From positions 130,448,001-130,512,000 of the forward strand of contig NC_043000.1 of the NCBI RefSeq assembly GCF_006345805.1: a stretch of 64,000 bases of DNA. Direction: 5' to 3'. This stretch comes from Octopus sinensis (lineage: Eukaryota). The notes under the pieces were generated by a model. That model made no database searches and was not told the DNA's origin. It saw only the letters and a list, made by a program, of their open reading frames with translations. The position numbers and the translations under genes are program-made. Positions within the stretch are counted from its first letter, which is position 1. Each line of letters opens with the position of its first letter. Of this stretch, positions 1 to 14,439 are shown one piece after another.

Positions 1-162
1 GACGGGCTTCTTTCAATTTCTGTCCACCAAATCCACTCACAAGGCTTTGGTCGGCCCGAGGCTATAGTAGAAGACACTTGCCCAAGGTGCCACACAGTGG
101 GACTAAACCCGGAACCATGTGGTTGGTAAACAAGCTACTTATCACTCAGCCACTCCTGCGCC
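1..162 (-). mobile_element. tRNA-derived SINE head, family A (octopus OK-like)
   Basis: Reverse complement reads GGCGCAGGAGTGGCTGAGTGATAAGTAGCTTG...GGTTCCGGGTTTAGTCCCACTG (A/B-box-like) then GGCACCTTGGGCAAGTGTCTTCTACTATAGCC. The same sequence recurs at ~12850-13070, 17099-17250, 27375-27538 and 41786-41945. Confidence 0.85.
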
Positions 163-719
163 AATATATATATATATATGGATGGACGTGTCTGTGCTGC
201 GCGTGCGTGTGTATAAAAGTAATATTTTATATATATTACGTTTAGAGATTCCCCTTAATCAAATTGTCGTGATTTTCGTGCTGTTTTCGAATCATGCAAA
301 ATCACAACAAATTGTGAAGTGTATTTCTGACAAAATATTTGAACGATACTTTCGAAACAGTTATGTTAAGTAGTCAATAGATATTCTAAGAATATTAAAG
401 GGTGTAACTGGCTGAGTCACCAATGTAAGTTGGGGGGAGTGTCTCCTATATGTAACGTGTTCGTGTTGTAACATAATGCATAGTTTGCATTTTTACAAGG
501 CCGTTCATAGAAAGAATCCGTTTTCAGTGATTTCTTAAAGAGGCGTGAATAAAGAATATTCAGAAGGCAAGTTTATACAACAAAAACATTGAAATTTATT
601 CATTTGCGTAATGAGTGCTAGCAAGTGATAACAAGGATTATTCTTGACTATGAATGGGAAACAGATATATGCATATGCGAGACAGGAAAAATCGCATGAC
701 TTACTATATACCCTGAGGT

Positions 720-3400
720 TTATATGAAGCAGAGTTGAAGTTGATATTAATCAAATGAGTCGCATGTAAGTTGGAGCTGGATAGAGAAAATGTGATATGC
801 CGAAGAAAACGATGTTGCTTCTATGCCGTCAACTCTGCAACCGATTTGAAACTGCCGATTCTCTTCTGTAGCGAGTGCTGCTGCTAAGGCAGATCACTGC
901 TGTTTTATTCATACGCCTCCAGGTTCGATTGGCTGGGATCTGTCAAAGCACAACTGAACAATGCCACGGTGACGTAATAGATCTTTCCAGACTCGCTAAA
1001 GGGGTTTCAAAATTAAGTAAGAACGTATGGAGTCTACTAGTCACAAATAAATTGTTTAAAGTGTGGTTTAGGAACGAGGAAAGTTACCATAAAACAGCTT
1101 CTGAATTTCTTTGTACGTGAAATTACATTAAATTCAGCAATAATTTGCATTTCCAGAGAATATGTAAATAGCAAACCAGTCATACATCTTAACAGTACAA
1201 ATGCAGACACCATCTAGGTATTGCAGTGATGAAGGAGTGGAGAAATTCTATAAAACCTAGGACAAGAACAAAGATGACCGTAAGGTAAACTTTGATTCAG
1301 ATACTAAAGAAGGTTTGGTAAAAATTTTACGACAGGCGAATAAGATTATTAGAACTGAAAAATCAACACAGGCTAAATATAGTAAATTCTGTTTCAAGTC
1401 TTCTCAGAGTATTTATCCAATCTTCTAAGCTGTTTTCACTGCTATTCTGTGTTCAAGGATGCCTTAATTTTCTGTAGTGTAAATACAGTACATCATCACA
1501 AACCGCAAAGGAGAATCATATGGCATTCATCTCAAGAGTTACCGAGATATCTAACATCAGAATCGATTGTATTGTTCGATCAAATTGAGTATAAATGGAG
1601 CGTAAATGTCTTTAAGACTTAACATTTCCAGCTGCTGATATAGGTAGCGTTTGCGAATTTTGAGGATGACGTATAAAAGTTAAACTCAAGTCAATCATGC
1701 AGAATGAAAATCAAGAGTGGTCTTGAAATGTTTAAAGAACGGAGCGTAACAGATATTAATGTACAAACAGAAGGAAAATTCGTATTTTGTTATTAGATAG
1801 AAACGTGTAAGAATTAACAAGATACTTTGAAGAAATAATAACAACTGTGGCCGACAGAATTCTTGGCAATAGGAAGAAAGTTAAGAATCCTTTGATAAAT
1901 AAAGGTGTTTTTAATCAATTGTGATGAAAGGGAAGATCTGAAACAGAAACGATTCGAAAATGAGACAGAAGGAATCGAATATCGATTGGCCAATCGAATA
2001 GTAAACAGGAAATTAGGGCAATCTACGATACAGGGATTTACGAAAGTTGTGAAGGAAAAGAAATCAGTCAGAAAGCAAATAACTCGAGTAAATTATATGC
2101 AATGCTCAGAGATCTAACCAATGAACGGATACTTAAATGTGAAGTCGTTGAAGATAAATACGGCAATCTGCTAACGAAAACAAATAATTTAGCTAAACGG
2201 TGGAGAGGATATTGTGAGAGACTTTGCAGCCAGAAAGCTGAGGTAGATAATAACGGGCTAAGAAATGAAGAAAGGAAATTCCATTTGAGAAATAGTCAAG
2301 AGCCAGCATTCACTTCAGTATTTGCACAAGAAATTAAGAAGCTAAAGCTTAATAAATCACTTGGATGACATAATGCTGGGAGGTAAATATGTTACAGAGA
2401 TTGTAAAATTTGCGAGAGTTTCACGTATTGTATAATGAATGACCCAATAAATTGATGGAATTAATTGCTATACTCCCGCCAATGAAGAGAAGTTTCAGAA
2501 TGTGCTTAAATATCTGCACAATTAATATAATTACCTATCAGTGGGCGATTTTGTTCAATGTTTTACTTACTCGATTGAAATCAACATTAAAAATGTTATC
2601 CATTGTAGTACAAGCTAATTTCCAAGATGGAGGAAACACTTTTATTCAGATTTGTAATGTTATCAGAACTTAGAAACCAGTCATTTATCACTGACGCATA
2701 AAAATCACCCTTGACCGTTTGCGGCATAAAGTATTACTGTTTCTTATGAGAAAGTGTAAAAGAGTTTACCAAATTCATATAAAAATGAACAAATTTCGAT
2801 TTTGATTGACATTAGTTACAAAAAGAAAGTTGGTGTCTAAAATCGAGTGCCTTTCACCATCCTACGTCAATATTTTAATGATGGGATTCAGTGAATCTAT
2901 TGAAGGAGATGAAGAAGTAGGGGACAATGGAATCGGTAATTTCAATCTTTTGCATTCATGTTGTTCTATAACAGTTATAATAACTAGAAATTCTAAATCT
3001 TCAAATGTCTTAATACATCTGCAAAAAGATAAAGATTAGAAGTACGAGCAGGACGAAAAAGAAAAAAATACCGATAAATGATGAAAGCACAAAGAAAAGC
3101 AACCCAACCAAACTAGCAATAATGCCAATCAAACAATTTGCTGAACATAATACGTTAAGGAAGAACAATTTGTTGAAAATCTGAGAACGAAGTAGTAAAA
3201 CGTTGGAATGTGCCAGAAACAATGTCTTCAGCGGCATTAAAGATGTTTGGAAACATAAGTGCAAATTATAAACGTAAGATACTGAATGAGATGAAAGACA
3301 TCGTGGAGTTTGAAATAAAGATATATTTAAAGATATATCAGTTGCATTCCATATTCTGACACTCTAAAAAGTATTAAAAGATATATTGCCGAGAAATCTG
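720..3400 (+). mobile_element. Heavily decayed RTE-like LINE (APE/RT relic)
   Basis: ORF 2102-2368 (EVVEDKYGNLLTKTNNLAKRWRGYCERL) resembles the IKDxxGxxLT...RWxEY linker of RTE ORFs. The 2452 ORF (IAILPPMKRSFRMCLNICTINII) resembles IPIPKKG..C.NYRTI.LI. Many stops and frameshifts; limits approximate. Confidence 0.5.
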
Positions 3401-6400
3401 TGTAGTACGGATTTTTCCTGTCAATTGTTAAAAGATGAGAATCGAGAGTTCAAAACGGAATTATGTCCGTAGCTTTCACCAGTTGGCTTAATATCAAGTC
3501 ATTTCCAATGGTGCATTTTTAGTATGTTCCAAAATATTAGCTAATTGATTTTATTAGATATACCTTCCTTCCTCTTATATTTTTCTTATAGTTTAAATGT
3601 ACCTAGAGGAATAACAACTTTTATGGAGTTATAAGTGAATGAATGAAATTATCGCTCCTTTTCTAATTCTATTTTATTTGCAAAACTAATTGCGATGCCC
3701 CAGAATGGACAATACCTCTTGTTGAAACCGATTATAGAATAATAAACAGTGAGTTGTAAATTAATACTACATTGACATTATGCCTCGATACGTTGCATTT
3801 GACTAGCGTATTTGTAATATATCATAATACAGTATATGGTGTAATTCACTACAATTTTACAGCATTGTACAATATGGCAGAGCTACATTTTTCCCGTGGC
3901 ATTTCATAATATAACACACTTTGCAATTAAAGATTGTATTTACATTTTATAGCATTATACATGTAACTGTATTCACCGAAGTTTACATTTCACATTATGA
4001 AACAGTTTGCAGTATGCAATATTACATTTCATCATGATACAGCTGCTTTGTGTTTTGTAAAATGCAATTTACAACAACATTTACATGTTTCCGCAATATG
4101 ATACAGGCTGTAGTTCACAGAAATATTTTAAACATACACCATGCAGAATACATTTTAGATGAAATATTCATTTCTCCAACTATGTTATAGTTTGCAGTGG
4201 CCAGACAATATCATACTACAGTTTGAGATGTATACTAAATACATATTTAATCGAAACTTTCACTAAAAGGAAGACATTTCGTACATAACTTAGGAGAAAA
4301 TACCATACATGACATTTTCTTTTATTATTTAGTAACGTTAAGTATCTAAAGTTCTACTTCTATGTAAATCTATATAAAGTTGACGGTAAGTAAATACAGG
4401 TTTCGGTAAATATATTTTAAATTAAATGCAAGACTTTGACACTTGTTAATATTCATAACAAATGGAAAAGTAATGCGTAGCTGTTTCCTTTACAAATAAG
4501 AGTTAGTACTGAATCACTTGGAACAACATTCACTCTTTATATTAACACATTATCTCCTATTTTACTGCCAGAAAAAAATTATAGAGATGGGTGTAGGCAA
4601 ACTGTAAATAAACTGAGTTTTGGAAGAGCTTTTACTATTTCAGAATTAACTTCTCATCGGCCAAAGCTGAAATATGATTATATTACGACAGTCATAATAT
4701 AATGCTTATTTAAATTTACCAGTTGTTTCAGCATTAATGTGTAGCCTCATCTCTGTATCTTACTTATAAAATACCTCAAGCATAGCAGCTAAAATATGAA
4801 TGAATTTTCTTCACGTTCAGAAAATATGTTCATTATTTTGTAATGATTCTGCAAATTCTAAATATTTAGGAAACATTAAAAATGAAATATTTAGTAGCAT
4901 TCAGGGAATCGCAGCACTCTGTTAGTGAGTTACACCATATATTTCTCTTTTGGATTTAGGACCCATTTCTTCCAGACGTATTCAATGCAATCCTTTTTTT
5001 CTTTTTTTTTTCATAGGATTTACAAACCTCCCTGTCTGGTTTGCAATATATTTACATTTGAACTTTACTCGTGATATTTCGATGGTATTCCTAACTAAAC
5101 TGGCGTAATTATCATCAATTTATATTTTGCTTGGAATCTTATAAGATAATGTTGAAGATTGATAATGAAGTTTCAAAAAAAGTTCAGGAATGGCACTCAT
5201 TGTAAAATATGTGTCATCTTTCCTCAGATTCACACTGACGCTATTTAAAAAGCTGTATAGCATATTCCTGCAGCATACTTTACAATATGCTATACAGGTT
5301 TGTTTTATCTGAACCTTCAGGGCTAATATGAAAATGAAACTTGTTTACTCCACCATATCATTATAAATTTAATCTCACTCAGTAACATGCGCGCACTTGC
5401 AGTTCATTTCAAGCATTGGTTTTACTATGAAAAGAGCAATATTTCGGACACGAATTTTATTGAAACCACCATTGAAAATTGACAAATATTCAAGTAATCC
5501 TAAGTCGTAATATATTTTAGGTATATATTTTAGGTTACCTTTATTGCAGCATTTAGTAAATAAATCATCAATGATTTCCTCAGCAAGAGAGTGATAGAAA
5601 AATGTCAAATATATTAACTTCCCCACAGGATTGTGGCTCTGTATTTGTTTCAGAAAATATTAAATCACTTTATCTTGTCATGTCGTGTTAGCCTCAGATT
5701 CTAAACATTAAGATATCTTCTGATATTTCAGTCATCTCTTTCATTGTTTGTTCATTCCGCGACTATGTGAGAAAAAGAAAGATAGATAAATAGATAGATA
5801 GAGAGAGAGAACAGAAGAGAAAGTGAACGGAAGAAAGAAGTAGCTGGAGAGGGAGAGCGCGGAAGAGAGATATTGAGGCAGAGATTTAGGGACATGGAGA
5901 TTATATTATCTATTATGTACACTTTTCGTGCTCCTGTTTCTACCGCAGATTTTGTGAAATCGCGATATCCTACCCAAACAGAAAAATCCAATATCTATCC
6001 TCAATCCCTGTATTGTCTTACCTTATTGCAAACACTTCCCATTGTTCTTAATTCCTTCCTTCGTGGCCTTTCTTCTCTTACACATTCAAATTAAGTTTCT
6101 TCTGTTTATATGATATAACACCGAAATTTTACGTCACAGGATTCTTGAATTCGTGATATCCCAAATTTCCCAGAGCTCAAAGCATGTTTCACATTGACAA
6201 TCAGATAAATCACTCAACAGTGGACTATCAACTGTTGTTGCCGAACGAAAATGTTGCGTCCAGTTGTGATTCGTTATTTTAGCCAAATAATTATCTTCTT
6301 TCAGTCTTGAGAGAGAAACTATGGCTTACGTTAGATAGCAATAAATTCCTAAAATTTCTATAGAAGTGTTCTCGAGCAAATAACAGTGGACCCCAGTTTC

Positions 6401-8770
6401 TTCAGCGTCTGTAAAAGGTCCTGCACCTCTAAAATTTCACCTTCATCACTGTCCAATTCAGCCACTTTATAAGCTTGACTGTTATTCAGAAAAATTGATA
6501 TAGGCTGGATACATAATCTTAATTGTGTTCTTTGCGGAAATCTCACGTTAAAACAATTAGTGTGATAATCTTTTTGTTCTCTCCGCAGCAAAAGACATCC
6601 ACATGACAATGTAGTGCAACCAATCATTTATTTCAATTAAATAAGCAGCGTTGACTCAATGAAATGTATTTTATTTGTTTTGATCGCCTATATGACAAAT
6701 AATGTATAACTGGCATATATTCAGACGATCCATGTGATCATACACCACGATGTCTTGGTTGTAAAAGTACATCAAACATAGCAGGTAAAGTGCTGATGAC
6801 GTTTCATTTACATTCAGGGAAAATGTTGACTAATTGGTGATGAGCGGAGCAAATACTCTCAAGCTACAAAATATTTGAAAAATAGTTATGAAAATAAAAC
6901 AAAAACTAAATATTTGGTACCATCTCAAAACCTATAGTGCAACTGAAAAACCAAATACTCATTTTGAATTAATATCGAACAGTGCGTGTTTTACTGAGAT
7001 AGAGTAATTGGTGGATAGAATTGGTACAATACCGAATAAGCTCTTCTATCTAATAATCCACCAAAGATAACATTTGTTCTTTGTTTATCTTTACAGGGTT
7101 GATGAAAAATTGGTATTTTTATCACTCTTACCAACTATAGCAGTCTTCAAAATTGGTGCTATTAGGCTTTTATTTGCAACTAATCATTCTTATACTCCAG
7201 TTTATTTAATTTTCATTATTCTATGCTCCAATATGTGTATACCAATCCGGCAGTGTAGATTCCACTTGTTAATCAAAGAAACATTGCATATCAGAAATGA
7301 TCCCATGTTTTCGAGAGTCAATAAAATATCTTCCTGTAGGTGCTGCGTTGGTTCAATGGAATATGTCTTCTATCTAAATTTTAACTTTGACCAGTGTCCA
7401 AGTATCAGGAAACAAGCATTGGAATTCCTCTCAGCATATACTGTACAGATCACAAAAAGCACAAGATGAACGGACACAGTGAATACAAATGGCAGATACA
7501 GAAATACAAGCTGCCCTGTAATCTGTACAGGGTGCTGGTAATCGAGTTCTATACTCTAGACTGTAAAGCGGAGTAAATGTGTGATATAGTAACACGTACA
7601 TTAGAAGTTTCACATCACTGATATTATTTTTTATATATAATTGCTGAGCTTTTTAAACAATTAGTTCTATGTTTCTCCTTAGACAAAATGGATTGTGCAC
7701 GGTTTCCGAAGAAGAATTCAATTACAGGCGTAGGTAGAGCCTGGATACTGCAAGGTTTTGTAGTATATTCAGTTTCCCACGGGGGCACAGCCGTCTATTA
7801 CAATATTCAAGTTTGTAATGAGGAGTTCCTGTCAACGATACGTTCATGTGACGGTTGGAAAGCTGTACGCTCCATCCAGAGATTTTGAGATAAAGCGGTA
7901 AATAAAAGAAGAGTTTTAATTGTTCCTACACCTGAATGATATCATTGGTTGCATAAACATTACCTTAAAATTATTGGCTATTGTGTCCGTGTAGTGTCTC
8001 GTTTTGGCATCAGATTTTGTGAGAATGGTTTTGTTGACCACAAACTTTTAGAAGCAGGAATCTTTCGGTGGCTAATTTGAAAAGTTTAGATTAATTAATA
8101 CAGCTATAATGTAATTCATGGATTATTGCCATGTTTCTAGTGTAACTAATTATAATTAGATAAATATGAATATACGCAGACATGTAGCTGAATTTCGGTC
8201 CTTACATATCCAAATAAAATTATAGAGACAATGCATTTAACCGAATAAGCAGTTTAAAATTACTTAAAAAAAGGGCTTCTAACATCAACGCTAACTTCGA
8301 TTTCTCTTTGACTTACGCCTTGTGACGAATTGAACTGATATTATTCATAAACCCAAAATAGCACAACTCCATAGATATATAAAAAGAAACCTATTTAGGC
8401 GCAAGAAAAATTTCACTAACACAAGCTCTAACTTAAATATTACACATCATACCTTCACTCCACTAATATGTCTGACTGAATACAAACAATGACAAACTTT
8501 ACCTATGAAAGCACTATTGCAAACCCCATCTCCCACACCACGATCTATAAACAGATATTTCCTCCTGCTCTACTCCAGTCTTTCACCCTACACAACTTCT
8601 TCCGTCCTCCTATACCAATTGTAATTCACATTAAATCACCTACCAAATGACACTGTCAAAATTTATATAATGCCAGAAAACCCAAAGTAAATCTCTGTCA
8701 ACATTTTCCTTGCAAATGTGTACTCTGCATAAGACTTTTGAGTGCGAAGGCATTTTAAGTGTGAACATAC

Positions 8771-9003
8771 CTATTTCTTTACTACCCACAAGGGGCTAAA
8801 CACAGAGAGGACAAACAAGGCCAGACAAACGGATTAAGTCGATTATATCGACCCCAGTGCGTAATTGGTACTTATTTAATCGACCCCGAAAGGATGAAAG
8901 GCAAAGTCGACCTCGGCGGAATTTGAACCTAGAACGTAACGGCAGACGAAATACGGCTACGCATTTCGTCCGGCGTGCTAACGTTTCTGCCAGCTCGCCG
9001 CCT
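8771..9003 (-). mobile_element. tRNA-derived SINE, family B, with 16-bp TSD
   Basis: Reverse complement AGGCGGCGAGCTGGCAGAAACGTTAGC...GTTCAAATTCCGCCGAGGTCGAC...GGGTAGTAAAGAAATAG. Direct repeat TAAGTGTGAACATACC at 8756-8771 and 9006-9021. Confidence 0.9.
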
Positions 9004-10610
9004 TCTAAGTGTGAACATACCGTCGGACATAGTGTCTCAAGTTTCTACATTATCCGACATAGAGGTAAGTTTCCGAAGACGATATATTATGATTCGACGG
9101 ATAGTTGATTGCTATTTCTAACATGAAACACTGTCACATAAAATTTCCCTTGTTGGCCTCGAAGTAAATGCATTACATAAGGTGTCATACCTAATTGGAA
9201 ATCAATATTTATTTAAATGTTATTTTAAGTTATAAATACATTTCAGTAAGATTTATTATCTCAGTAGATTTCATCAATTTTTAATTCAGTGTTGTATGGG
9301 AAATGTGATCTTAATGCTTTCTTTCAAGCGTCTTGATTAAACACCAATGATGTCCCATTTATTTTTAATTTTTAATGAAAAATCAATAATTATTTGACCG
9401 AAACCACGCCACTGATATTCTTGAACAAATATGATTTAAAATATTGAAACAGAACATAATGAAAATAGAAAGAGATTCATATTTAATACTCTGATCTTTT
9501 CCTTAAACACTGCTTAATCACTTCAAGAGAAAAGATGAAATTACTTGAATGCTGAGTGAAAAAAATACAAAAAATTCTGAAGAGATATGAAACTATGTCA
9601 TCAGACCCCAGAACTTGCCAGCCATTAATCCTCGTTCTTGGTTACACACTACATTGATTAGTCAATAATAATTGGTTAGCTACTGTGATAAACGACGCCA
9701 TCAACCATAAACAAACTAGTTACTTCATATTTAAATTCAACTTTCAAAGATCCATCAATATTTACTTCTTAGATTTTTTTCCTCCTTGCAGCCCATTTGT
9801 TTGGTTAAATTTCCTTTTAATTTAGTTTTTTTAATGAAACATATTTTTTAATATTTTTATGAAGGTGATGTTCCTTATGACATTTAATCAATCTGTGTTA
9901 AACTATGAATAAATCTAAACGGATTTTAATTTCTTTGTATTGTTTCATCTTTTAAGGCAATCATTGGTTTGATGTACATTAAAAGAAACCGAGGGATAAA
10001 TGGATTATCTATTAATACTTCATGTTTTCATCGATTTCCATCCGTAATTTTCGTTAAGGGGGCTTTAGATGAACTCCGTTGTCTAATAATAACAAATTTT
10101 CTTATAGCTTGTAGAATTTCTGCTTGAGTTGAGCCGGTGAATAAGATGATTAAGGTTAGAGAGGTTAATCTCCAGTTTCCTGCATTACAAGATTAACAAT
10201 GAGAATGCATAACAACTAAGAAGATTGTTCTAAAACTATGCTTAGTCAACGGAGATATTTTCCAATTTTAACACGGAGTAAAAGCTGAATATAAATCCAT
10301 AGCTTATATTCTTTTTCTTGTTAAATATGATTGTGGACTTGATTAATTTGTTGAACATTCTGGTCATAAAGACAAACTAAATGATTTGAATACTAAGCAC
10401 ATACAACACCAGTTATTGACGGGTGGTATCATCAAGGTACTAGCTCATCATTTCAATTACTCGGCCGATCGGAATGTGCCACAGGCAAGCGTCAGTTCAC
10501 ATAGCTGTTAAGAGAATAACCCACTGTGCAATCGATTAATTTCTAGTTATTCTGCAGGAATGATATGAAATGCCTCCCATATGGCATTATTGTCTCCACC
10601 ACCGCTACCA

Positions 10611-10664
<54 letters not shown>

Positions 10665-10687
10665 TATTATTATTATTATTATTATTA

Positions 10688-10769
<82 letters not shown>
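10611..10769. repeat. Compound (CAT)n(TAT)n microsatellite
   Basis: Direct inspection. Confidence 0.95.
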
Positions 10770-10772
<3 letters not shown>

Positions 10773-11275
10773 CAAGTCACAATGAACTTGACACCTGACA
10801 ACTCGTCATGGGGTTGTCGGAGCAAGCAATAAATCAATATCATCTTTATACTGGCGTGTAGAGAATGGTAAATAGAGATGAACAACAGTATAAGATAAGA
10901 AGCATGGCTGTGAAATTAATTATAGTTTATATCTATATACATGTCATGTGTGTGTGCGCGCAGTAGTAGTTCCAGCTGGGAATTACAAACTAACACACAC
11001 TCACACATACATGCACATATACACACTCACACATTTACACACATGCACATTCACACATTTACACGCATACGCAGATGTATTTATGTTTCTTACTTTCTTC
11101 TTGTGCGAATATCTTCTGAAGAAAATATAGTAACATGATATACTACAGTTATCTGAATACAGTTATGTGAAAAGTTATTGCAATAAAATTATATGAAAAT
11201 ACCTTACTACTGTTAATGATGAGGAATTCTGAATAATTCGAAATGCACTTTCGTTGCCAGGTTTGGAGGAAGGTA

Positions 11276-11493
11276 TACGATGGGGTGCTGAAAAGTTCCT
11301 GGCTTTAAGGGTATCGTGAAAGGCCTGATTGGAAGCCTAGCTTTCTGAATTATTTTTCAGGGCTCAGATAAAACTAAAGGACAGCTACAATAAGTGTGTG
11401 AATCTGAGAAGGGAATACGTTGAATGATATCATAATTAACTGGTCCTCGCGTATTTTCTACCTAAGCAATGAAGTTTCCAGAAACCTCTCGTA
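11276..11493 (+). mobile_element. Mariner-derived MITE
   Basis: TA-CGATGGGGTGCTGAAAAGTTCCTGGCTTTA at the left end and the degenerate inverse TAAGCAATGAAGTTTCCAGAAACCTCTCG-TA at the right. Internal AATAAGTGTGTGAATCTGAGAAGGGAATACGTTGAA encodes NKCVNLRREYVE, resembling the mariner transposase C-terminus. Confidence 0.7.
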
Positions 11494-12587
11494 TTGCCCA
11501 TGCTTTTAACAGGAGTTTTGAGACTGATGAGATTGATACTCGCGAGGTTCCTTTTGAATTAAAGTAATCCAAATCAACCTCAGCAAACAAAACTATGAAG
11601 AAAGTTTATTTTAGAGGGCTGATGTTCATGGTAGGAAGGACTAATGCTTACTGCAGAACGTGGGGAGATTAAACGTAGTAAGGGTAATATTTGGAGAAGA
11701 GACGAACGCGTTCGAAATGCCTGAGGAGAATGAATACAATCTCGGTCAAATCCAAATAATAAATGTCATTTTAGTAGCAACTCTAAAATATTAAACAGTA
11801 AATTGGTTACTTGAAATAATCATTGATTTACCGACCCATAGATTTATACTTGCGCATGTTGAAAATCGTTGCAAAAGACAAGCGAATTTTAATTGTGTAG
11901 TAGATCGACTCCGTCATCCAATTTAACACCAAACCCTGGCACTAGGGCGGAGCTTACTCAGTTGCAAGTATTGTGACTATTCTCCTATCTCAAGATAAAC
12001 GCACCCCTTTCCTAGGTGCCATGCAAAACGCCAGTTGTCGGTCCCTTTTCATATCTGCTCTTCTATAAAATATGAACAAACTAAAATGTTTGCTTCAAGC
12101 TGGAACTTCGGTTCATAATCAACTTTCTTTCTTGTTACGTCAAGTCGACGTTGTATGTAAATCATTATTGCTTTGGCGTATGTGCAGAAATGTTGCGTTG
12201 ATCAATAATAAGTGCAGATACTTGAGTTTTATGGAACAATTTGTTATCTTCATAACAAACTTGTATTTTAACGGCTCCCTGTTTTCTCTGTACTTTATAT
12301 TAAGTTGTATTTTATATACATATATGCTAAGCATTAGAATGCCTTTCATGGCTTTTCCTTGATCAAACATGTTTATTGCCCATTTATCATAAGAAAAATA
12401 TCGAAGTTGAAAGAGTGTCTTTACAAGGCTCAAGAGTGACCCATATTGGACTTTAACACGCGTATCTTGGAGAGAGCATTCTAGATAGCAACAAAAAGTG
12501 GTTGATTTACGAAGAAGCACTCACCAACACACGTTACAACTAGTTCAGGTGTAAACCATTCGTTTTATTATCCATTATATATACATG

Positions 12588-12634
<47 letters not shown>

Positions 12635-12844
12635 TATATATATACATATATGAACTCAGATAAACTTAGATATGTTTCGACCAAAGATTGATACAGGCTA
12701 TGTCTAACTTAATAGCATCACCTGATACAATTAGCTAAATCCCTTTAAGTCAACTTTTGTTTTATCATCGTGCATTCAAGTAGGGATTTCTTGTTGAGTG
12801 AGTTGTATCCAAGTATAGGTAGCTTGTCAGGTATTCATTGAAGA

Positions 12845-13200
12845 AATTTGTCTACCAAATTCACTCACAAGTCTTTTGCGGGCCCGAGGCTATAGTAGAA
12901 GAACCTTGCTGGAGTTGACATGCAGTGGGACTGAACCCGAAACCATGTGGTTGAGAAGCAAGCTTCTTACCGAGGCTATAGTACAAGACACTTGCCCAAG
13001 TTACCAGGCAGTAGGACTGAACACAGAACCATGTGGTTGAGAAGCAAGCTTCTTACCACACAGCTATGACTGAGCCTATGTATATATATTATATTTGTTA
13101 TATATATAAGCTTTCATAGTTTATGCCTGCCAAATTCACTTAAAAACCATTGGTTGGCCCAGGATTGTGTCAGAAGACATTGGCTCAAGGTAGCACAATG
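12845..13200 (-). mobile_element. Cluster of tandem family A SINE fragments
   Basis: Repeated GAGGCTATAGTA..AGA..CTTG..CAAG..GGACTGAAC..AACCATGTGGTTGAGAAGCAAGCTTCTTACC blocks. Confidence 0.75.
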
Positions 13201-13489
13201 GTGGACAGAACATGAAACCACGTAATAGTAAAGCCATATTGTTTCATTAATTGATTCTTATATGTGTTTGTGAGTGTGTGTGTGTATGTATGTATGTATT
13301 ATTTTATTTTTTTTACACTGTTACCTGTTGCTGGTATGTGACTGCAGCCATACTAGAGCACAACCTGTAAGTCGAACAAATTGACTCCAGGACTTTTTTT
13401 AAAGCCTGGTACTTAATCTCTCGGATGTCTTTTACTGAACCGCTATGGTACGGGACATAAACACACCAACACCGTTTGTGGAGTGGTGA

Positions 13490-14212
13490 ATTTTTAAATA
13501 TATCGTCGTTTTTTTCACACGTGTTTCCCATTACAAAATATATAATTATGGTGAAATAAATAATTCGAGAGCGAGATAAATAATGATAATCTTAAAACTG
13601 AAAAGTTGCATCCTGAAATATAGATTTGTTTTAAACTCAAACTTACGAATATTTTAATATGTTTAGAAGACAATTGCTATAAATATTGAATCACCAGAGG
13701 GAAATTTATTGTATTCATGCGTTGGTTGTAAGAAATAAATAGAAAATTATCTGATTTTATCTATATGTAATAGTTTGTTTTATGCTTAAAATTTAGTTGT
13801 CTATAGTAATAATTCCCACCAAATGATACTGTGCTTATATGCATATATACATATATGCACAAGAAATAACCACTAAATCTTCCTCACACCCTTATTTGTG
13901 GTCTGAAAGATGGCATGGCTACATTGAACAATGTCTCAAATATATGTGACACGAATAATTCTATGCATAGATTCATTTCTTGCTTGTAGCTATTACAATT
14001 AGGTTAACTTACAAATAAATTTCCGAGAAATACAAGAATAAAAGAATGTAGCCAGGTTTAGGTTTTTGATCGTTTTGCGATTACGTTGTTTCATATTCAG
14101 TGCAGCAACGCGATACCTTGAGCAAATATCATCTGACATAATCCTGGGCCAACCAGTGGTTTGTAAGTGAATTTGGTAGACATAAATTATGAAAGCTTAT
14201 ATATAATATATA

Positions 14213-14265
<53 letters not shown>

Positions 14266-14385
14266 TACATATATCTTTAATATATATACATAGGCTCAGG
14301 CGTAAGAAGCTTGCTTCCGAACAACATGGTTCCGGGTTCAGTCCCACAGCGTGGCAGCTTCGGCAAGTATCATGAAGCCCGTCGT
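13490..14385 (+). repeat. Left arm of ~900-bp inverted duplication (partner 17099-17995)
   Basis: For example, TAAAACTGAAAAGTTGCATCCTGAAATATAGATTTGTTTTAAAC here is the reverse complement of GTTTAAAACAAATCTATATTTCAGGATGCAACTTTTCAGTTTTA at ~17850-17895. The match is colinear along the whole arm. Confidence 0.9.
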
Positions 14386-14386
14386 C

Positions 14387-14438
<52 letters not shown>

Positions 14439-14439
<1 letters not shown>

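Noticed and set aside
11850-12520. Pogo/Tigger-like transposase relic (minus strand)
   Set aside because: Only vague echoes (FVMKITNCSI, NVDLT) and no TIRs; too weak to call.
12671-12697. Possible decayed minus-strand hammerhead (...UGGUCGAAACAUA)
   Set aside because: The CUGANGA core is absent; at best a dead remnant.
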